Source of the DNA: Alphaproteobacteria bacterium
GTDB taxonomy: Bacteria > Pseudomonadota > Alphaproteobacteria > Bin95
Assembly (NCBI GenBank): GCA_965205265.1
Contig: CBDBGH010000003.1
Span: forward strand, 192,001 to 256,000
Direction: 5' to 3'
DNA length: 64,000 nt
Positions 48,510 to 59,363 of the stretch are shown piece after piece (positions within the stretch are counted from its first letter, which is position 1; the number at the start of each line of letters is the position of its first letter). Under the pieces are notes generated by a model, which was not told the origin of the DNA, did not search any database, and was given only the letters and a program-made list of their open reading frames with translations. A program made the translations under genes and the position numbers.

Positions 48510-49748
48510 GTGACCGAACGCTTCTGCAATCTCGACCGGCTGCTCCACCTGATGGAGAGCAGGGGCGTCGATGCCGTGCTCGCGGCCGCGCCCAACAATG
48601 TCTATTGGCTCTCCGGCTTCAACCTGCCGGCGCACAAGTCCGACGAGCCGCGCCCGCTGGCCGTGCTGCTGGCCCGCGAGGCGCCCGAAGCGCCGGTCAT
48701 GGTGCTGCCCGACTTCTATCTGGGCGCAGCCGCCGCTGCGCCGTGCTGGATCGAGGATATCCGCCCCTTCCGCGCCATCCTGCTGCCTTTCGACCAGCCG
48801 TCCCGCGGCAGGGCGGACCTCGACCGCTTCGTCGCTCCCGGCGACCGGCCGAACTGGTTTTCCGCCGCCGCCGACCGCTACGCGCCGGACATGGTGGCCG
48901 CGCTGGAGCGCGCCGTCGCCGATCTCGGCCTCGCGGGCAAGCGCGTCGCGGCGGACGAGCCGAGGCTGGCCGCGCGCCTCGCAAACGTCGATGTCGAGGA
49001 CGGCTACGGCCTGCTCATGTCCGCGCGCAGCATCAAGACGCCCGCCGAGGTGGACCTGATGCGCGCCGCCACGGCCGTCAACCGCGCGGCCATAGAGGAG
49101 AGCATCGGCGCCTGGACGCCCGGCATGACCTGGCGCGACCTCTGCGCCGCCTACCACGCGGCGGCGCTCGCGCGCGGCGGCTTCGTCCACGACCCGGGCG
49201 CCATGGTGCTGGCGAACGGCTCCGACAATCCCGTGCCCGTCATCGCGTCCGAGGCCGACGACTACGAGCTCGAACCCGGCATGCGCATCATGTTCGACTG
49301 CCACGGCACGAAGGACCGCTATTGCTGGGACGGCGGCAAGACCTGGATCGTCGGCTCCGAGGGCGTGGACGCCGCCCGCAAGCTGGCCGGGGCGACGGCG
49401 GACGCAATGGCCGAGATCGAGGCCCTCATGGCGCCCGGCGCGCGCATTTCGGCGCTCCAGGCCGCAGGCCGTGCGGTCTATCGCAAGCACGGGCTCGCGC
49501 TGGCGGACGACGCGTTGATCTTCTTCCACGGCCTCGGCCTCAGCCATCTCGACCAGGAGGTCGATGCGGAGGGCGCCGTTACCGGCGATTTCGCGATCCA
49601 GGCCGGCATGGCGATCGCGACCCACATCTACTATCCGGGCGACCGGCGCGAGCGCCTGTGGCTGGAGGACATCGCCATTGTCGGGGAGTCGGGCCCGGCC
49701 GAGTCGATCTTCGGCTGGGACTTCCTCCCGCACGGCCTGGGCGCGTGA
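48510..49748 (+). CDS. M24/creatinase-fold hydrolase
   Basis: NVYWLSG, KTPAEVDLMR, YCWDGGKT, HGLGL and LED motifs. Confidence 0.82.
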   Translation: MTERFCNLDRLLHLMESRGVDAVLAAAPNNVYWLSGFNLPAHKSDEPRPLAVLLAREAPEAPVMVLPDFYLGAAAAAPCWIEDIRPFRAILLPFDQPSRGRADLDRFVAPGDRPNWFSAAADRYAPDMVAALERAVADLGLAGKRVAADEPRLAARLANVDVEDGYGLLMSARSIKTPAEVDLMRAATAVNRAAIEESIGAWTPGMTWRDLCAAYHAAALARGGFVHDPGAMVLANGSDNPVPVIASEADDYELEPGMRIMFDCHGTKDRYCWDGGKTWIVGSEGVDAARKLAGATADAMAEIEALMAPGARISALQAAGRAVYRKHGLALADDALIFFHGLGLSHLDQEVDAEGAVTGDFAIQAGMAIATHIYYPGDRRERLWLEDIAIVGESGPAESIFGWDFLPHGLGA

Positions 49749-49972
49749 TCGACCGCTTCCCGACGGTGCGTTTTGTGGTCAGGCGCGGCCGGCTGCTGGT
49801 CTGGGCGGCGGGCGCGCTGCCCGTGCTGGCCGCTTTTCTCGGCATCGGCATCGAGGGCTGGCACTGGTTCTGGATGGCCGTCGGCCTGCTGGCCGGCACC
49901 GCTTTTGCCTTCGTCACCCGCCTGCTTGTCGAGCTGACAATCATTATCGCCGACATGCTGCTGCCGGAGTGA
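49745..49972 (+). CDS. Small two-TM membrane protein
   Basis: 75 aa; GTGA overlaps with both neighbours; ends ELTIIIADMLLPE. Confidence 0.65.
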   Translation: MIDRFPTVRFVVRRGRLLVWAAGALPVLAAFLGIGIEGWHWFWMAVGLLAGTAFAFVTRLLVELTIIIADMLLPE

Positions 49973-51345
49973 GCGCGCCGGACCTGATCGCCGTCGGCGG
50001 CGGCCTCGCGGGGCTGACTGCCGCCAACCGGGCCGCGGCAGGCGGGCTGTCCGTGCTGGTGATGGAGCGGGGCGCGGCGCCCGACTATTTCTGCAACTCG
50101 CGCATCGCCGGCGGCCTCCTGCATGTCGCCTTCCGGGACATGACGCGCCCGGCGGAGGAAATCCGCGCGTCCGTCGCGGAATCGGTCGGCGAGGCCGGGG
50201 ACCCGGCGACGGCGCTGGCGGACCTCCTGGCCGACGATGCCGGCAAGGTGCTGGCCTGGCTGCGCGCGGAAGGCGGGGCCTTTGTGCGCGGCGGCGCGCC
50301 CGAGTTCATGCGCTGGGTGATGGCCCCGCCCCGCCGCCGGCGCGGCGGCCTCGACTGGAAGGGGCGCGGGCCGGACGCGCTGCTGCGCCGCCTCACGCGC
50401 AATCTCGCAGCGCGCGGCGGGGTGCTGCGCCTCGGCTCCCCGGTGAAGGCGCTGGCGGTCGAGGACGGGCGGGTCGTCGGTGTGCAAACTGCCGCCGGCA
50501 TGGAGAGGGCGCGCTTCGTGCTCATCGCGGATGGCGGCTTCCAGGACAATCCGGAGCTGGTCCGCCGCCATTTCTCGCCGCGGCCGGAGCGGTTGTTCAA
50601 GCGCGGCGCGGGCGGGGGACGGGGCGACGGCATCGCCATGGCGGCGGCCGCGGGCGCGGCCACGGTCGGCATGGACCGCTTCTACGGCCATCTGCTCGGG
50701 CTGGACGCCTTCGGGAACGACAGGCTCTGGCCCTATCCGACGCTGGATTCGCTGGCCGCCGTCTCGCTGCTGGTGGACGGGGCCGGGCGGCGTTTCTGCG
50801 ACGAAGGCCTGGGTGGGGTGTTCATGGCGAACGAGCTGGCGCGGCTGGCGGACCCGGAGGGCGCGGCCGTGGTGTTCGACGACCGGCACTGGCGCGAGGA
50901 CGCGGCCGACAACCGCTACCCGCCCGCGCTCAATCCGAGCTTCCCGGCCTCGGGCGGCCGGGTGTTCGAGGCTCCGACGGTCGAGCGGCTCGCGGAAACC
51001 CTCGCCATGCCGGCGCTGGCGGAAACCGTGGCGGCGCACAATGCCGGGCGCCGCGAGCCGGCGCGAACCCTTGCCCGCTTCCCCGCGAAGCCGATAGTGG
51101 AGCCGCCCTTCCGCGCCATCCGCGCCGCCGCCGGCATCACCTACAGCATGGGCGGCCTCGCCATAGACCGCGCCGCCCGGGTGCTGGACGCGGGCGCGCG
51201 CCCGGTCCCCGGCCTCTATGCCGCCGGCTCCGCCGCAGGCGGCCTCGAAGGCGGCCCCCGCGCCGCCTATCTCGGCGGCCTCGCCAAGGCCGTCGCAACG
51301 GGACTGCGCGCGGCGGAGGCGATGCTGGCCGAGGGCGGCGGGTAG
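49969..51345 (+). CDS. FAD-binding flavoprotein dehydrogenase (fumarate reductase/TcuA-like)
   Basis: VGGGLAG, ADGGF, GDG, ITYSMGGL and PGLYAAG motifs. Confidence 0.85.
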   Translation: MSAPDLIAVGGGLAGLTAANRAAAGGLSVLVMERGAAPDYFCNSRIAGGLLHVAFRDMTRPAEEIRASVAESVGEAGDPATALADLLADDAGKVLAWLRAEGGAFVRGGAPEFMRWVMAPPRRRRGGLDWKGRGPDALLRRLTRNLAARGGVLRLGSPVKALAVEDGRVVGVQTAAGMERARFVLIADGGFQDNPELVRRHFSPRPERLFKRGAGGGRGDGIAMAAAAGAATVGMDRFYGHLLGLDAFGNDRLWPYPTLDSLAAVSLLVDGAGRRFCDEGLGGVFMANELARLADPEGAAVVFDDRHWREDAADNRYPPALNPSFPASGGRVFEAPTVERLAETLAMPALAETVAAHNAGRREPARTLARFPAKPIVEPPFRAIRAAAGITYSMGGLAIDRAARVLDAGARPVPGLYAAGSAAGGLEGGPRAAYLGGLAKAVATGLRAAEAMLAEGGG

Positions 51346-51353
51346 GCGGCCGG

Positions 51354-51938
51354 TCAGGCGAAGCGGCAGGCGTCGTCGAAATCGAACGTCGGGTGGCGCT
51401 CGAACAGCACCGATTCGTCGCCGTGGCCGATATTGCAGAGGAAGTTCGCCTTGACGCTGGTGCCGGCGAAGAACGCGGCGGTCGCCTTGTCCTTGTCGAA
51501 GCCGGACATGGCGCCGATGTCGAAACCGAGCGCGCGCGCCGCGATCATGAAATAGGCGCCCTGCAGCGTACCGTTGCGGAACCCGGCATCCTCCGCCGCC
51601 GCCGGGTCGCCGCGGAAGAGGTCGGCCATGGCGGGGTTGTGCGGGAAGAGATAGTCCATGCGTTCGAAGAAGCGCACGTCGTAGCCGATTACCGCGGTCG
51701 CCGGCGCGGCCATGGTCTTCTCCAGATTGCCGGAGGAGAGTGCCGGGGCGAGCTTTTCCTTGGCCTCGCGCGAGCGCACGAAGACGAAGCGGGCCGGGGA
51801 CATGTTGGCGCTGGTCGGCCCCCATTTCATCAGTTCGTATATGCGACGGATATCGTCGTCGGTCACGGGGCGGTCGCGCCAGGCGTTATGGGTGCGGGCC
51901 TTGCGGAAAATCAGGTCGAGGGCGGCATCGTCGAGCAT
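51354..51938 (-). CDS. rutE: Nitroreductase-family malonic semialdehyde reductase
   Basis: ARTHNAW, GPTSAN, LQGAY, GAMSGFD and NFLCNIG motifs. Confidence 0.85.
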   Translation of the reverse strand: MLDDAALDLIFRKARTHNAWRDRPVTDDDIRRIYELMKWGPTSANMSPARFVFVRSREAKEKLAPALSSGNLEKTMAAPATAVIGYDVRFFERMDYLFPHNPAMADLFRGDPAAAEDAGFRNGTLQGAYFMIAARALGFDIGAMSGFDKDKATAAFFAGTSVKANFLCNIGHGDESVLFERHPTFDFDDACRFA

Positions 51939-52008
51939 CGACTGGCTCCGTTTGCGGAAGGCGCTAAACTCCGGGCTCCTGTCTCCGCCGTCAAGGAATC
52001 CGTAACGC

Positions 52009-52980
52009 ATGCGCGCTGCTGTCTGCTCCGCCTGGGGCGAGGTCGAGAGCCTCGAAATCCGCGACCTGCCCGAGCCCCGGCCCGGCAAGGGCGAAGTCGC
52101 GATCCGGGTCGCGGCGGCGGGCGTCAATTTCGCCGATGCAATCATGATCGCCGGCAACTACCAGACCCGGCCGGCGCACCCCTTCGCGCCGGGGCTCGAG
52201 GTCGCGGGCGAGGTCGCGGCGCTCGGCCCCGGCTGCGAGCGACTGGCGGTCGGCGACCGGGTCATGGCGATCCTCTGGTGGGGCGGCTATGCGGAGACCG
52301 CCGTCGCGAAGGAGACGGAAGCCTTCCTCGTGCCCGACGGCATGTCGGACGCGGAGGCCGCCGCCTTCCCGACGGCCTGGGTCTCGTCCCATGTCGCGAT
52401 CCGCTGGCAGGCGGACCTCAAGGCGGGCGAGACCATGCTGGTGCTGGGCGCGGCCGGCGGCGTCGGGCTGGCGGCCATTGAATGCGGCAAGGCCATTGGC
52501 GCAAGGGTGATTGCGGCGGCGAGCAGCCCGGAGCGCCTCGCGCTCGCCGCCCGGCACGGCGCGGACGAGGGCATCGACTACAGCGCCGAAAGCCTGAAGG
52601 AGCGGGTCGCCGCGCTGACGGACGGGCGCGGTGTCGATGTGGTTTACGACCCGGTCGGCGGGCCGCTGTTCGACGAGGCGCTCTCCTCGCTCGCCTGGGG
52701 CGGGCGCATCCTGCTGATCGGCTTCGTGGCGGGCGTGCCGCGCATCCCGGCCAACCGCCTTCTGGTCAAGCACCGCTCGGCCATGGGCTCCTCCATGCGC
52801 TATTTCCGCCGCGAGCGCCCCGACCTGCTGCTGCGCAGCATGGACGAACTCGCTACCTGGTACCGCGAAGGAAGGGTCGCGCCCCGCGTGACCGAGACCT
52901 GGAGCCTGGAGGACGTGCCGAAAGCCATTCGCCGCCTGACGGAACGCCGGGCCACCGGCAAGGTGGTGGTGACGCTCTGA
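52009..52980 (+). CDS. NADPH:quinone oxidoreductase family (MDR)
   Basis: [21 protein letters not shown] and DVVYDPVGG motifs. Confidence 0.9.
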   Translation: MRAAVCSAWGEVESLEIRDLPEPRPGKGEVAIRVAAAGVNFADAIMIAGNYQTRPAHPFAPGLEVAGEVAALGPGCERLAVGDRVMAILWWGGYAETAVAKETEAFLVPDGMSDAEAAAFPTAWVSSHVAIRWQADLKAGETMLVLGAAGGVGLAAIECGKAIGARVIAAASSPERLALAARHGADEGIDYSAESLKERVAALTDGRGVDVVYDPVGGPLFDEALSSLAWGGRILLIGFVAGVPRIPANRLLVKHRSAMGSSMRYFRRERPDLLLRSMDELATWYREGRVAPRVTETWSLEDVPKAIRRLTERRATGKVVVTL

Positions 52981-52991
52981 GGGGCGCTGCT

Positions 52992-55064
52992 TCAGTCGAT
53001 GGCGGCAGTCCGGACCCTGGCCGGGGCGCTTGCGGTGTCCGGGGGACCCTTCAGCCGGTAGCGGTAAACGACAGCGCTTTCCAGCACGCGCTGGATGTAG
53101 TTGCGGGTTTCGGCGAAGGGCACGAGCTCCATCCAGTCGATGGGATCGACCTCGCCGCGGCGCGGGTCGCCGAAGGTGGCGAGCCATTGCCGGACGCGGT
53201 TCGGTCCGGCGTTGTAGGCGGCGAGAGCGAGCGCCCGGTCGCCCTCGAAGGCCTCCAGCAGTTCGGCCAGATAGGCGCTGCCGAGCGCGATGTTGTAGCC
53301 CCGGTCCTCCCTGAGGCGGGAGCGGCTGTAGGCGAGGCCGAGCCTGCCGGACACCTCTCTTGCCGTGCCGGGCAGCAGCTGCATCAGCCCCACGGCGCCG
53401 GACCGGCTGCGCGCATGGGGGTCCATCTCGCTTTCCTGCCGCGCAAGGCCCAGCAGCAGGGCGAGCTCCGGCGGATCGGGCGCACGGGCGGTATCGGCCT
53501 TGCCGAAGGCCAGCGGATAGGCTTCGGCGATGAGCGGGACGCCGTTGCGCCAGGCCCGCTTCGCCGCGTTGACCGAGATATGCGGCGCCCCGTAGGCCAG
53601 CCCCAGGCGGCTGACCAGCAGATGCGCGCCGGGCGTCTGCGCGCTCCTGCTCAGATGGGTCACGAAGGTGCGCATGGTCTCGAAGTCGCCGGCTTCGCCC
53701 AGCAGGCGCGCTGCGCCAACGAGCGGATTTGCCTCGAAGCGCTCCCGCTCTTCCGGCGCGACGGCGGGCGCGCCGGCCGGGAAGCGGCGTCCGAGCGCGA
53801 GGGCCTTGCCGGCCAGTTGCCCGTAAAATGCCGTGGGATGGCCGGCCGCGCGCCGATACCACTCCGTTGCCCGGTCCCGGTCGCCGGCCGCCTCCGCGGC
53901 GCGGGCGGACCAGTAGGCGGCGCGGGCGCGGCTGATCGGGAAGCGCACCCGGTCGTACATGGCCTGGAAATGCTTCGCGGCATCGCCGGGCCGGTCCAGG
54001 AAGCGGAGCGCCAGCCAGCCCGCGAGCCACTCGGCCTCCGAGAACGGGCGGTTCGCGGTCTGCCCGTGCCGCGCGGCGATGGCGTAGGCCCGGCCGAACA
54101 GGCGGCGCTCTATCGCCTCGCGGATCTGGTAGCTCTGCTCGGGCCACCATTTGCCGGGGCGGACGAGCGCCGCCGGCCGGTCGAGGAGGAGTTCGCGCGC
54201 GCCCGCATGCTTGCCGGCGAGCCGGCGCCAGCGTATCCGCTCGAACGCGAGGCCCGGATGGCTGCGCAAGCGGTCCGGCACCTGCCGGATCGCCCAGTCC
54301 ACGCCGCGCCTGCGCTGCATCAGCCGGAGCCGCGCTTCTCCCAGCCGGCGCTCCGCCTTGCCGGCGCGGCGGAGCTGGCGGCGCGCGGCATCGGTGCGCC
54401 CGTCCCAGAGCAGCCGGTCGAGCCGGCGGTTATGGTCTTCTGCGCCGAGCGCGTTGCGGTGCCGCCCGATGAAGCGGCGCTCCAGGTCGCGGGGGAAATC
54501 GCCGTCGATCCAGGCTTCGCGCAGGAGCCGGATGCCGGCACCCGTTTCCCCGTCCGCGATCAGGGCCTCCGCCAGGCGCTGCCTGCCGGGGCCGGTGAGC
54601 GGCGGGAACCGGTCGAACCAGGCGCGCGCGGCGCGGTCCGGCCAGCTTTCCGGCATCGATTCCTCGGCCCGCCGGAGCAATGTCGCCCGGTCGGGCCAGT
54701 CCGGATGGGCGTTCAGGAACGCCTCGATTTCGGCGAAGGATATAACGGCTTCCGAGTCCCGGAGCCGCTGCCACTCGATCAGGGCCGCGGCCAGGGGATG
54801 TCCGGCCTGCCCGGCGCTCCGGGCTGCCTGCCGCCACTCGCCGCGCGCGGCGGCATCGAGCGCGGCGCGGAAGTGCCGCCATTGGGCATTGTCCAGAATG
54901 CCGTTCGCGACTTTCCGCGCCGCGTGGGCTTCGCTCGCTACGGGCGGCGGAGCGACCGGCGCAGCCGACGAGCAGGCGGCGACCGGCGCTAAGGCGCAGC
55001 CTGCCAGCGCTGCGACGGCCAAAATCCTGCGCAAGGCGGGGTGGCCCTCGATCCCGCGCGTCAC
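52992..55064 (-). CDS. Slt70-like lytic transglycosylase (start uncertain)
   Basis: [21 protein letters not shown] and ETRNYIQRV motifs; helical N-terminal region; lipobox-like VAAC. Confidence 0.9.
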   Translation of the reverse strand: MTRGIEGHPALRRILAVAALAGCALAPVAACSSAAPVAPPPVASEAHAARKVANGILDNAQWRHFRAALDAAARGEWRQAARSAGQAGHPLAAALIEWQRLRDSEAVISFAEIEAFLNAHPDWPDRATLLRRAEESMPESWPDRAARAWFDRFPPLTGPGRQRLAEALIADGETGAGIRLLREAWIDGDFPRDLERRFIGRHRNALGAEDHNRRLDRLLWDGRTDAARRQLRRAGKAERRLGEARLRLMQRRRGVDWAIRQVPDRLRSHPGLAFERIRWRRLAGKHAGARELLLDRPAALVRPGKWWPEQSYQIREAIERRLFGRAYAIAARHGQTANRPFSEAEWLAGWLALRFLDRPGDAAKHFQAMYDRVRFPISRARAAYWSARAAEAAGDRDRATEWYRRAAGHPTAFYGQLAGKALALGRRFPAGAPAVAPEERERFEANPLVGAARLLGEAGDFETMRTFVTHLSRSAQTPGAHLLVSRLGLAYGAPHISVNAAKRAWRNGVPLIAEAYPLAFGKADTARAPDPPELALLLGLARQESEMDPHARSRSGAVGLMQLLPGTAREVSGRLGLAYSRSRLREDRGYNIALGSAYLAELLEAFEGDRALALAAYNAGPNRVRQWLATFGDPRRGEVDPIDWMELVPFAETRNYIQRVLESAVVYRYRLKGPPDTASAPARVRTAAID

Positions 55065-55654
55065 AGCGGCCGGCGGGCGCGCAGCGCGGTGGTGAGCGTG
55101 CCGTCGTCCAGATAGTCCAGCGCGCCGCCGACCGGCACGCCATGGGCGAGGCTCGTGACGGACACGCCGCAGTCTCCGAGGCGCTCCGCCAGGTAATGCG
55201 CGGTGGTTTGCCCTTCCACGGTGGCGCCGGTCGCCAGCACGACCTCCGTAATGCCGGGGGCCTGCGCGCGCGCCACGAGCGCGGCGATGCCGAGCTCCTC
55301 CGGCCCGACGCCGTCGAGCGCGGAGAGCACGCCGCCCAGCACATGGTAGCGCCCGCGAAAGGCGCCCGTGCGCTCCAGCGCCCAGAGGTCGGACACATCC
55401 TCGACGACGCAGAGCGCGGCGGGGTCCCGCGACGGATCGGCGCAGACCCCGCAGGGATCGGTCGTGTCGAGATTGCGGCATTCGGAGCAGGCCGCAATCG
55501 ACTCCGACGCCGCTTCCAGCACGCGGGCGAGCGGCACCATCAGGCCTTCGCGCCGCTTGACGAGATGCAGCGCGGCGCGCCGGGCCGACCGGGGGCCGAG
55601 CCCCGGCAGGCGGGCGAGCAGACGGATCAGCGTCTCCAGGTCGCCGGGCGGCAT
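55061..55654 (-). CDS. recR: Recombination mediator RecR
   Basis: [10 protein letters not shown]4 zinc finger, CVVE and YHVLGG motifs. Confidence 0.96.
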   Translation of the reverse strand: MPPGDLETLIRLLARLPGLGPRSARRAALHLVKRREGLMVPLARVLEAASESIAACSECRNLDTTDPCGVCADPSRDPAALCVVEDVSDLWALERTGAFRGRYHVLGGVLSALDGVGPEELGIAALVARAQAPGITEVVLATGATVEGQTTAHYLAERLGDCGVSVTSLAHGVPVGGALDYLDDGTLTTALRARRPL

Positions 55655-55655
55655 G

Positions 55656-55979
55656 TCAGAACGGCAAGCTGAAGCCGGGCGGCAGCTCCAGCCCTCCGGT
55701 CAATTTGCGCATTTCCTCCCGCGCATGCGCTTCGGCCTTGGCGCGCGCATCGTTGAAGCCGGCCGTAATCAGGTCTTCCATAACCTCGGCCTCGGCCGGG
55801 TCGATCAGGCTCGGGTCGATCCTGAGGCCGAGCAGCTCTCCCTTGGCGTTCATGCGCACCTCGACCATGCCGGCGGCGGCCCGCCCGACCACTTCATGGC
55901 CGGCCAGCGCGTCCTGCATCTCGGCCATTTTCTGCTGCATTTCCTGGGCCTGCTTCATCATGCTGGCGAGGTTCTTCAT
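55656..55979 (-). CDS. ybaB: YbaB/EbfC nucleoid-associated protein
   Basis: [15 protein letters not shown]; dnaX-ybaB-recR synteny. Confidence 0.94.
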   Translation of the reverse strand: MKNLASMMKQAQEMQQKMAEMQDALAGHEVVGRAAAGMVEVRMNAKGELLGLRIDPSLIDPAEAEVMEDLITAGFNDARAKAEAHAREEMRKLTGGLELPPGFSLPF

Positions 55980-57697
55980 CGCTCGTCGTCCTGCTCCTCG
56001 GGAGGCTCCGCCAGCGCTTCGCCCGGCTGGATCGGGCGTATATCGGCGATGGCGGCATCGGGAAAGATCTCCAGCGTGCGTTGCGCGAGCGGGTGCTGCC
56101 GCGCGCGCTCGAACAGGTCGCGCCGGGCGTCCTCATGCTGTTCGGCAAGCGTGGCGCCGCCGCCTTCCTCGACCGCCGACACCGTCCAGGGCGCGCCCGT
56201 CCAGCGGGTGAGGCGCCTGGCGACCTCGGCGGCGAAGTCCGCCGGCGCCCGTTCGCCCAGCCTGAGCGCGATACGGCCCGGCTCGAAGGAAACGAGATGC
56301 ACGTCGCGGACCAGATGCGAATGGAGGCGCGGCTCGCGCCGCTCCTCGAACAGCGCCGCCACGGCGTCGAAATCCGCAAGCTCGAGCGTTTCCGCCGCCG
56401 CCGGAGGCGTCGGGGCTTCCGGGGCGGGTTCCGCGGCCGCGGCGTCCGCCATGTTTTCTTCGACGGGCGGCGGCGGACCGGCGGACGGCGCCGGCTCGGT
56501 CCGCGCCTGCGGAGGCGGCGCGGCCGGCGCGCCGGAGCGGAGTTCGGCTATCGCCTCGGCCGGCGTCGGCAGGCCGGCGGCATAGGCGATGCGCAGCAGC
56601 ACCATTTCGAAGGCCGGCTTGGCCGAGGGCGCGGCATTCACCTCCTGGATGCCCTTCAGCACAAGCTGCCAGACGCGGGTGAGCGCCGGCAGGGACAGCG
56701 CCTCGGCAAGCTTGCGTCCGCGCACCCGCTCGGCTTCCGGCAGCGCGGCGTCATCCGCCTCCGCCGGTACGACGCTCGCGCGGGTCAGCCGGTGCACCAG
56801 TTCCGCCATGTCCTGCAGCACGAGTCCCGGATCGGCGCCCGCCCGGTACATCTCGTCGAAGCGGGCGAGCGCGGCGGCCGGCTCGCCGCGCATCAGCGCC
56901 TCGAACAGGTCGTAAATGTCCAGCCGGTCGGCAAGGCCCAGCATCTCGTTCACGGCGTCGGCCGCAATCCTGCCGCCATCGGCCTCGGCGACCGCCTGGT
57001 CCAGCATGGAGAGGCCGTCGCGCACCGAGCCGTCGGCGGCCCGCGCGATCCGCGCCAGAGCCTCCGGTTCGATCTCCGCGCCTTCCTGCGCGACCACGCC
57101 CGCGAAATGCGCCTCCAGCATCTCGACCGGGACGCGGCGCAGGTCGAAACGCTGGCAGCGCGACAGCACCGTGACCGGCACCTTGCGGATCTCGGTCGTC
57201 GCGAAGACGAATTTCACATGCCCCGGCGGCTCCTCCAGCGTCTTCAGCAGCGCATTGAAGGCCTGGCGCGAGAGCATGTGGACCTCGTCCACGATATAGA
57301 CCTTGAAGCGCGCCGAGACCGGGCGGTAGCGCGCCGCCTCGATGATCTCGCGCACGTCGTCCACGCCGGTATGCGAGGCCGCGTCCATCTCGATGACATC
57401 GACATGGCGGTCGGCGGCAATCGCCGTGCAGGCCTCGCAGACGCCGCAGGGCTCCTCCGCCGGCCCGTCGCGGCTGCCGTCGGGGCCCAGGCAATTGAGC
57501 GCGCGGGCGAGGATGCGCGCCGTGGTTGTCTTGCCGACGCCGCGCACGCCCGTGAGCATGAAGGCATGCGCGATCCTGCCGGCCCGGATGGCATTGGTGA
57601 GAATGCGCACCAGCGCTTCCTGGCCGATGAGGTCGGCGAAGGCGGCGGGCCGGTATTTGCGGGCCAGCACCCGGTAGGCGGCGGCGGTCTCGCTCAT
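55976..57697 (-). CDS. dnaX: DNA polymerase III gamma/tau subunit
   Basis: YRVLARKYRP, GVRGVGKTT, DEVHML and SRCQRF motifs. Confidence 0.97.
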   Translation of the reverse strand: MSETAAAYRVLARKYRPAAFADLIGQEALVRILTNAIRAGRIAHAFMLTGVRGVGKTTTARILARALNCLGPDGSRDGPAEEPCGVCEACTAIAADRHVDVIEMDAASHTGVDDVREIIEAARYRPVSARFKVYIVDEVHMLSRQAFNALLKTLEEPPGHVKFVFATTEIRKVPVTVLSRCQRFDLRRVPVEMLEAHFAGVVAQEGAEIEPEALARIARAADGSVRDGLSMLDQAVAEADGGRIAADAVNEMLGLADRLDIYDLFEALMRGEPAAALARFDEMYRAGADPGLVLQDMAELVHRLTRASVVPAEADDAALPEAERVRGRKLAEALSLPALTRVWQLVLKGIQEVNAAPSAKPAFEMVLLRIAYAAGLPTPAEAIAELRSGAPAAPPPQARTEPAPSAGPPPPVEENMADAAAAEPAPEAPTPPAAAETLELADFDAVAALFEERREPRLHSHLVRDVHLVSFEPGRIALRLGERAPADFAAEVARRLTRWTGAPWTVSAVEEGGGATLAEQHEDARRDLFERARQHPLAQRTLEIFPDAAIADIRPIQPGEALAEPPEEQDDER

Positions 57698-57710
57698 CGC
57701 CGGCAGTCTA

Positions 57711-57975
57711 GCCCGGATTTCTCGGCAGGGTCATGGTCTGCGCGGCGCTGTCGGGCCGGCAGGGTAGGAGAGCTGTGCAGCGCGATGCGGGGCGTCGGGC
57801 AAGCGGCTCGACGCACCATGCCGGCCCGACAGCAACGCCCTCCGGGTCGCGCCCAGGCGCCCGCCCGCGGCGTCGCGGACCTCAACCGTAGCCCCGCTAC
57901 GCTTTTCGGCCCGCTCCTTGCGGATCGAACGCCTGGACAGCGACGCAGGCCGTGACCCTGCCGAGAAATCCGGGC
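57711..57975. mobile_element. MITE-like element with ~31-bp terminal inverted repeats
   Basis: GCCCGGATTTCTCGGCAGGGTCATGGTCTGCG versus the reverse complement of CGCAGGCCGTGACCCTGCCGAGAAATCCGGGC (2 mismatches). Confidence 0.65.
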
Positions 57976-58017
57976 CAGCCCATCGGCCGGAACCGTTCGC
58001 GCAAAGCTCTGGGGAAA

Positions 58018-58116
58018 GCGGAGGCCGGCAGGCGACCCGGACCGGAAACTCGTTACGGCTGCTTCCTTCCGGACCTGACCGGGTTGGCGAGGGGTCCGCC
58101 CGCCGCCGGTCTCCGC
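58018..58116 (-). ncRNA. ffs: SRP RNA (4.5S)
   Basis: CCGGTCAGGTCCGGAAGGAAGCAGCC domain IV motif; self-complementary ends; upstream of dnaX. Confidence 0.95.
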
Positions 58117-58142
58117 TGGCATCTATAGCAGCGCCCGGCCGC

Positions 58143-59021
58143 TCAGGCCAGCGAGAAGAAGGCTTCGAGGCGCGCCGCGGTCTCCGCCGGCATCTCCTCC
58201 GGGAGGAAGTGGCCGCAGGCGAGGCCCTCGCCCTCGACCCGGTCCGCCCAGAGGCGCCAGGTTTCGAGCACCGAGTCGCGCTTGTGCGGGCGCCCCTTCG
58301 CGCCCCAGAGCGCCAGCAGCGGCGCGGCGATGCGCCGGCCCGCCGCGCGGTCGGCGGCGTCGAGTTCGCAGTCGATGGTGGCCCCGGCGCGGTAGTCGTC
58401 GCAGGTGGCGCGGATCGTCTCGGGGTCGCGGAAGGCGGCCAGATAGTCCGCCATCGCCGCTTGCGTGAAGCAGTCGCTGCCCGACCAGCGCCCCGTCATG
58501 CTCTTCAGGAACCAGTCCGGGTCGCGCCCGATCATGGTCTCCGGAAAGGGCGCGGGCTGGGCGAGGAAAAACCAGTGGAAGGAATCCAGGCTGCCGCGCT
58601 GCCCCTGCCGCTCGAACTGCTCCAGCGTCGGCACGATGTCGAGCACGGCGATGCGGGCGACGCGCTCCGGATGGTCGAGCGCCAGGCGGTAGGCCACGCG
58701 CCCGCCCCGGTCGTGCCCCGCAAGGCAGAAGCGCTCATGGCCGAGGCGCTCCATGACGCGCACCATGTCCACCGCCATCGCCCGCTTGGAATAGGGCCGG
58801 TTCCCGGCGTCGTTCGCGGGCTTGCCGCTTCGCCCGTAGCCGCGCATGTCGGGGCAGACCACGGTGAAACGCGCCGCCAGCCGGGGCGCCACCTCATGCC
58901 AAATGACATGAGTCTGCGGATAGCCGTGCAGCAGGAGCACGGGCGGGCCGCTGCCGCCGACGCGCAGATGGATCGGGACCCCGTCGCCCTCGATCCGCCG
59001 CTCCTCGAAGCCTTCGAACAT
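58143..59021 (-). CDS. Haloacetate dehalogenase-like alpha/beta hydrolase
   Basis: LLHGYPQTH, GHDRGGRV (Asp nucleophile), HWFFL, CDDYRA and CGHFLPEE motifs. Confidence 0.88.
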   Translation of the reverse strand: MFEGFEERRIEGDGVPIHLRVGGSGPPVLLLHGYPQTHVIWHEVAPRLAARFTVVCPDMRGYGRSGKPANDAGNRPYSKRAMAVDMVRVMERLGHERFCLAGHDRGGRVAYRLALDHPERVARIAVLDIVPTLEQFERQGQRGSLDSFHWFFLAQPAPFPETMIGRDPDWFLKSMTGRWSGSDCFTQAAMADYLAAFRDPETIRATCDDYRAGATIDCELDAADRAAGRRIAAPLLALWGAKGRPHKRDSVLETWRLWADRVEGEGLACGHFLPEEMPAETAARLEAFFSLA

Positions 59022-59049
59022 CAGGAAAAAGCCAATCGGATCAAGGGGA

Positions 59050-59126
59050 TGGTGGGTCCGACAAGACTTGAACTTGTGACCTCCGCCATGTCAAGACGGC
59101 GCTCTAACCAGCTGAGCTACGGACCC
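59050..59126 (-). tRNA. tRNA-Val(GAC)
   Basis: GGGTCCGTAGCTCAGCTGGTTAGAGC..tt-GAC-at..GTTCAAGTC..CGGACCCACCA cloverleaf with encoded CCA. Confidence 0.96.
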
Positions 59127-59231
59127 CCGGAAGGCGCGCAACCTAGCCCTCCGCGCGGGCGCGCGCAAGCGGGCGGGGCGGCGCCGGCGGGCCGGGAAGG
59201 CTCGCGCCCCGGCCCACCGGCTCGGGACCCG

Positions 59232-59256
59232 CGTGTCATGATATGTCATGTTTTTG
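59232..59256 (-). repeat. Tail-only copy of the dispersed element (TGTCATG-N3-TGTCATG)
   Basis: GTGTCATGATATGTCATGTTTTTGC matches the tails of copies A-C. Confidence 0.6.
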
Positions 59257-59363
59257 CCGGGCTCCGCCTCCGACGGCGCTCCTGTCGCGGCTCGCGGCGT
59301 GACGGCCGGCGGCGGGGCTGCTAATGAGACGGCCTCCTTTCCGACGAGTTGGAGACTCCCGAG

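Noticed and set aside
55976-57697. Programmed -1 frameshift in dnaX
   Set aside because: No A-AAA-AAG or poly-A slippery site was seen; it is a single ORF with a Pro/Ala linker.
59021-59126. Prophage or island integrated at tRNA-Val
   Set aside because: There is no integrase and no duplicated tRNA 3' end in the window.
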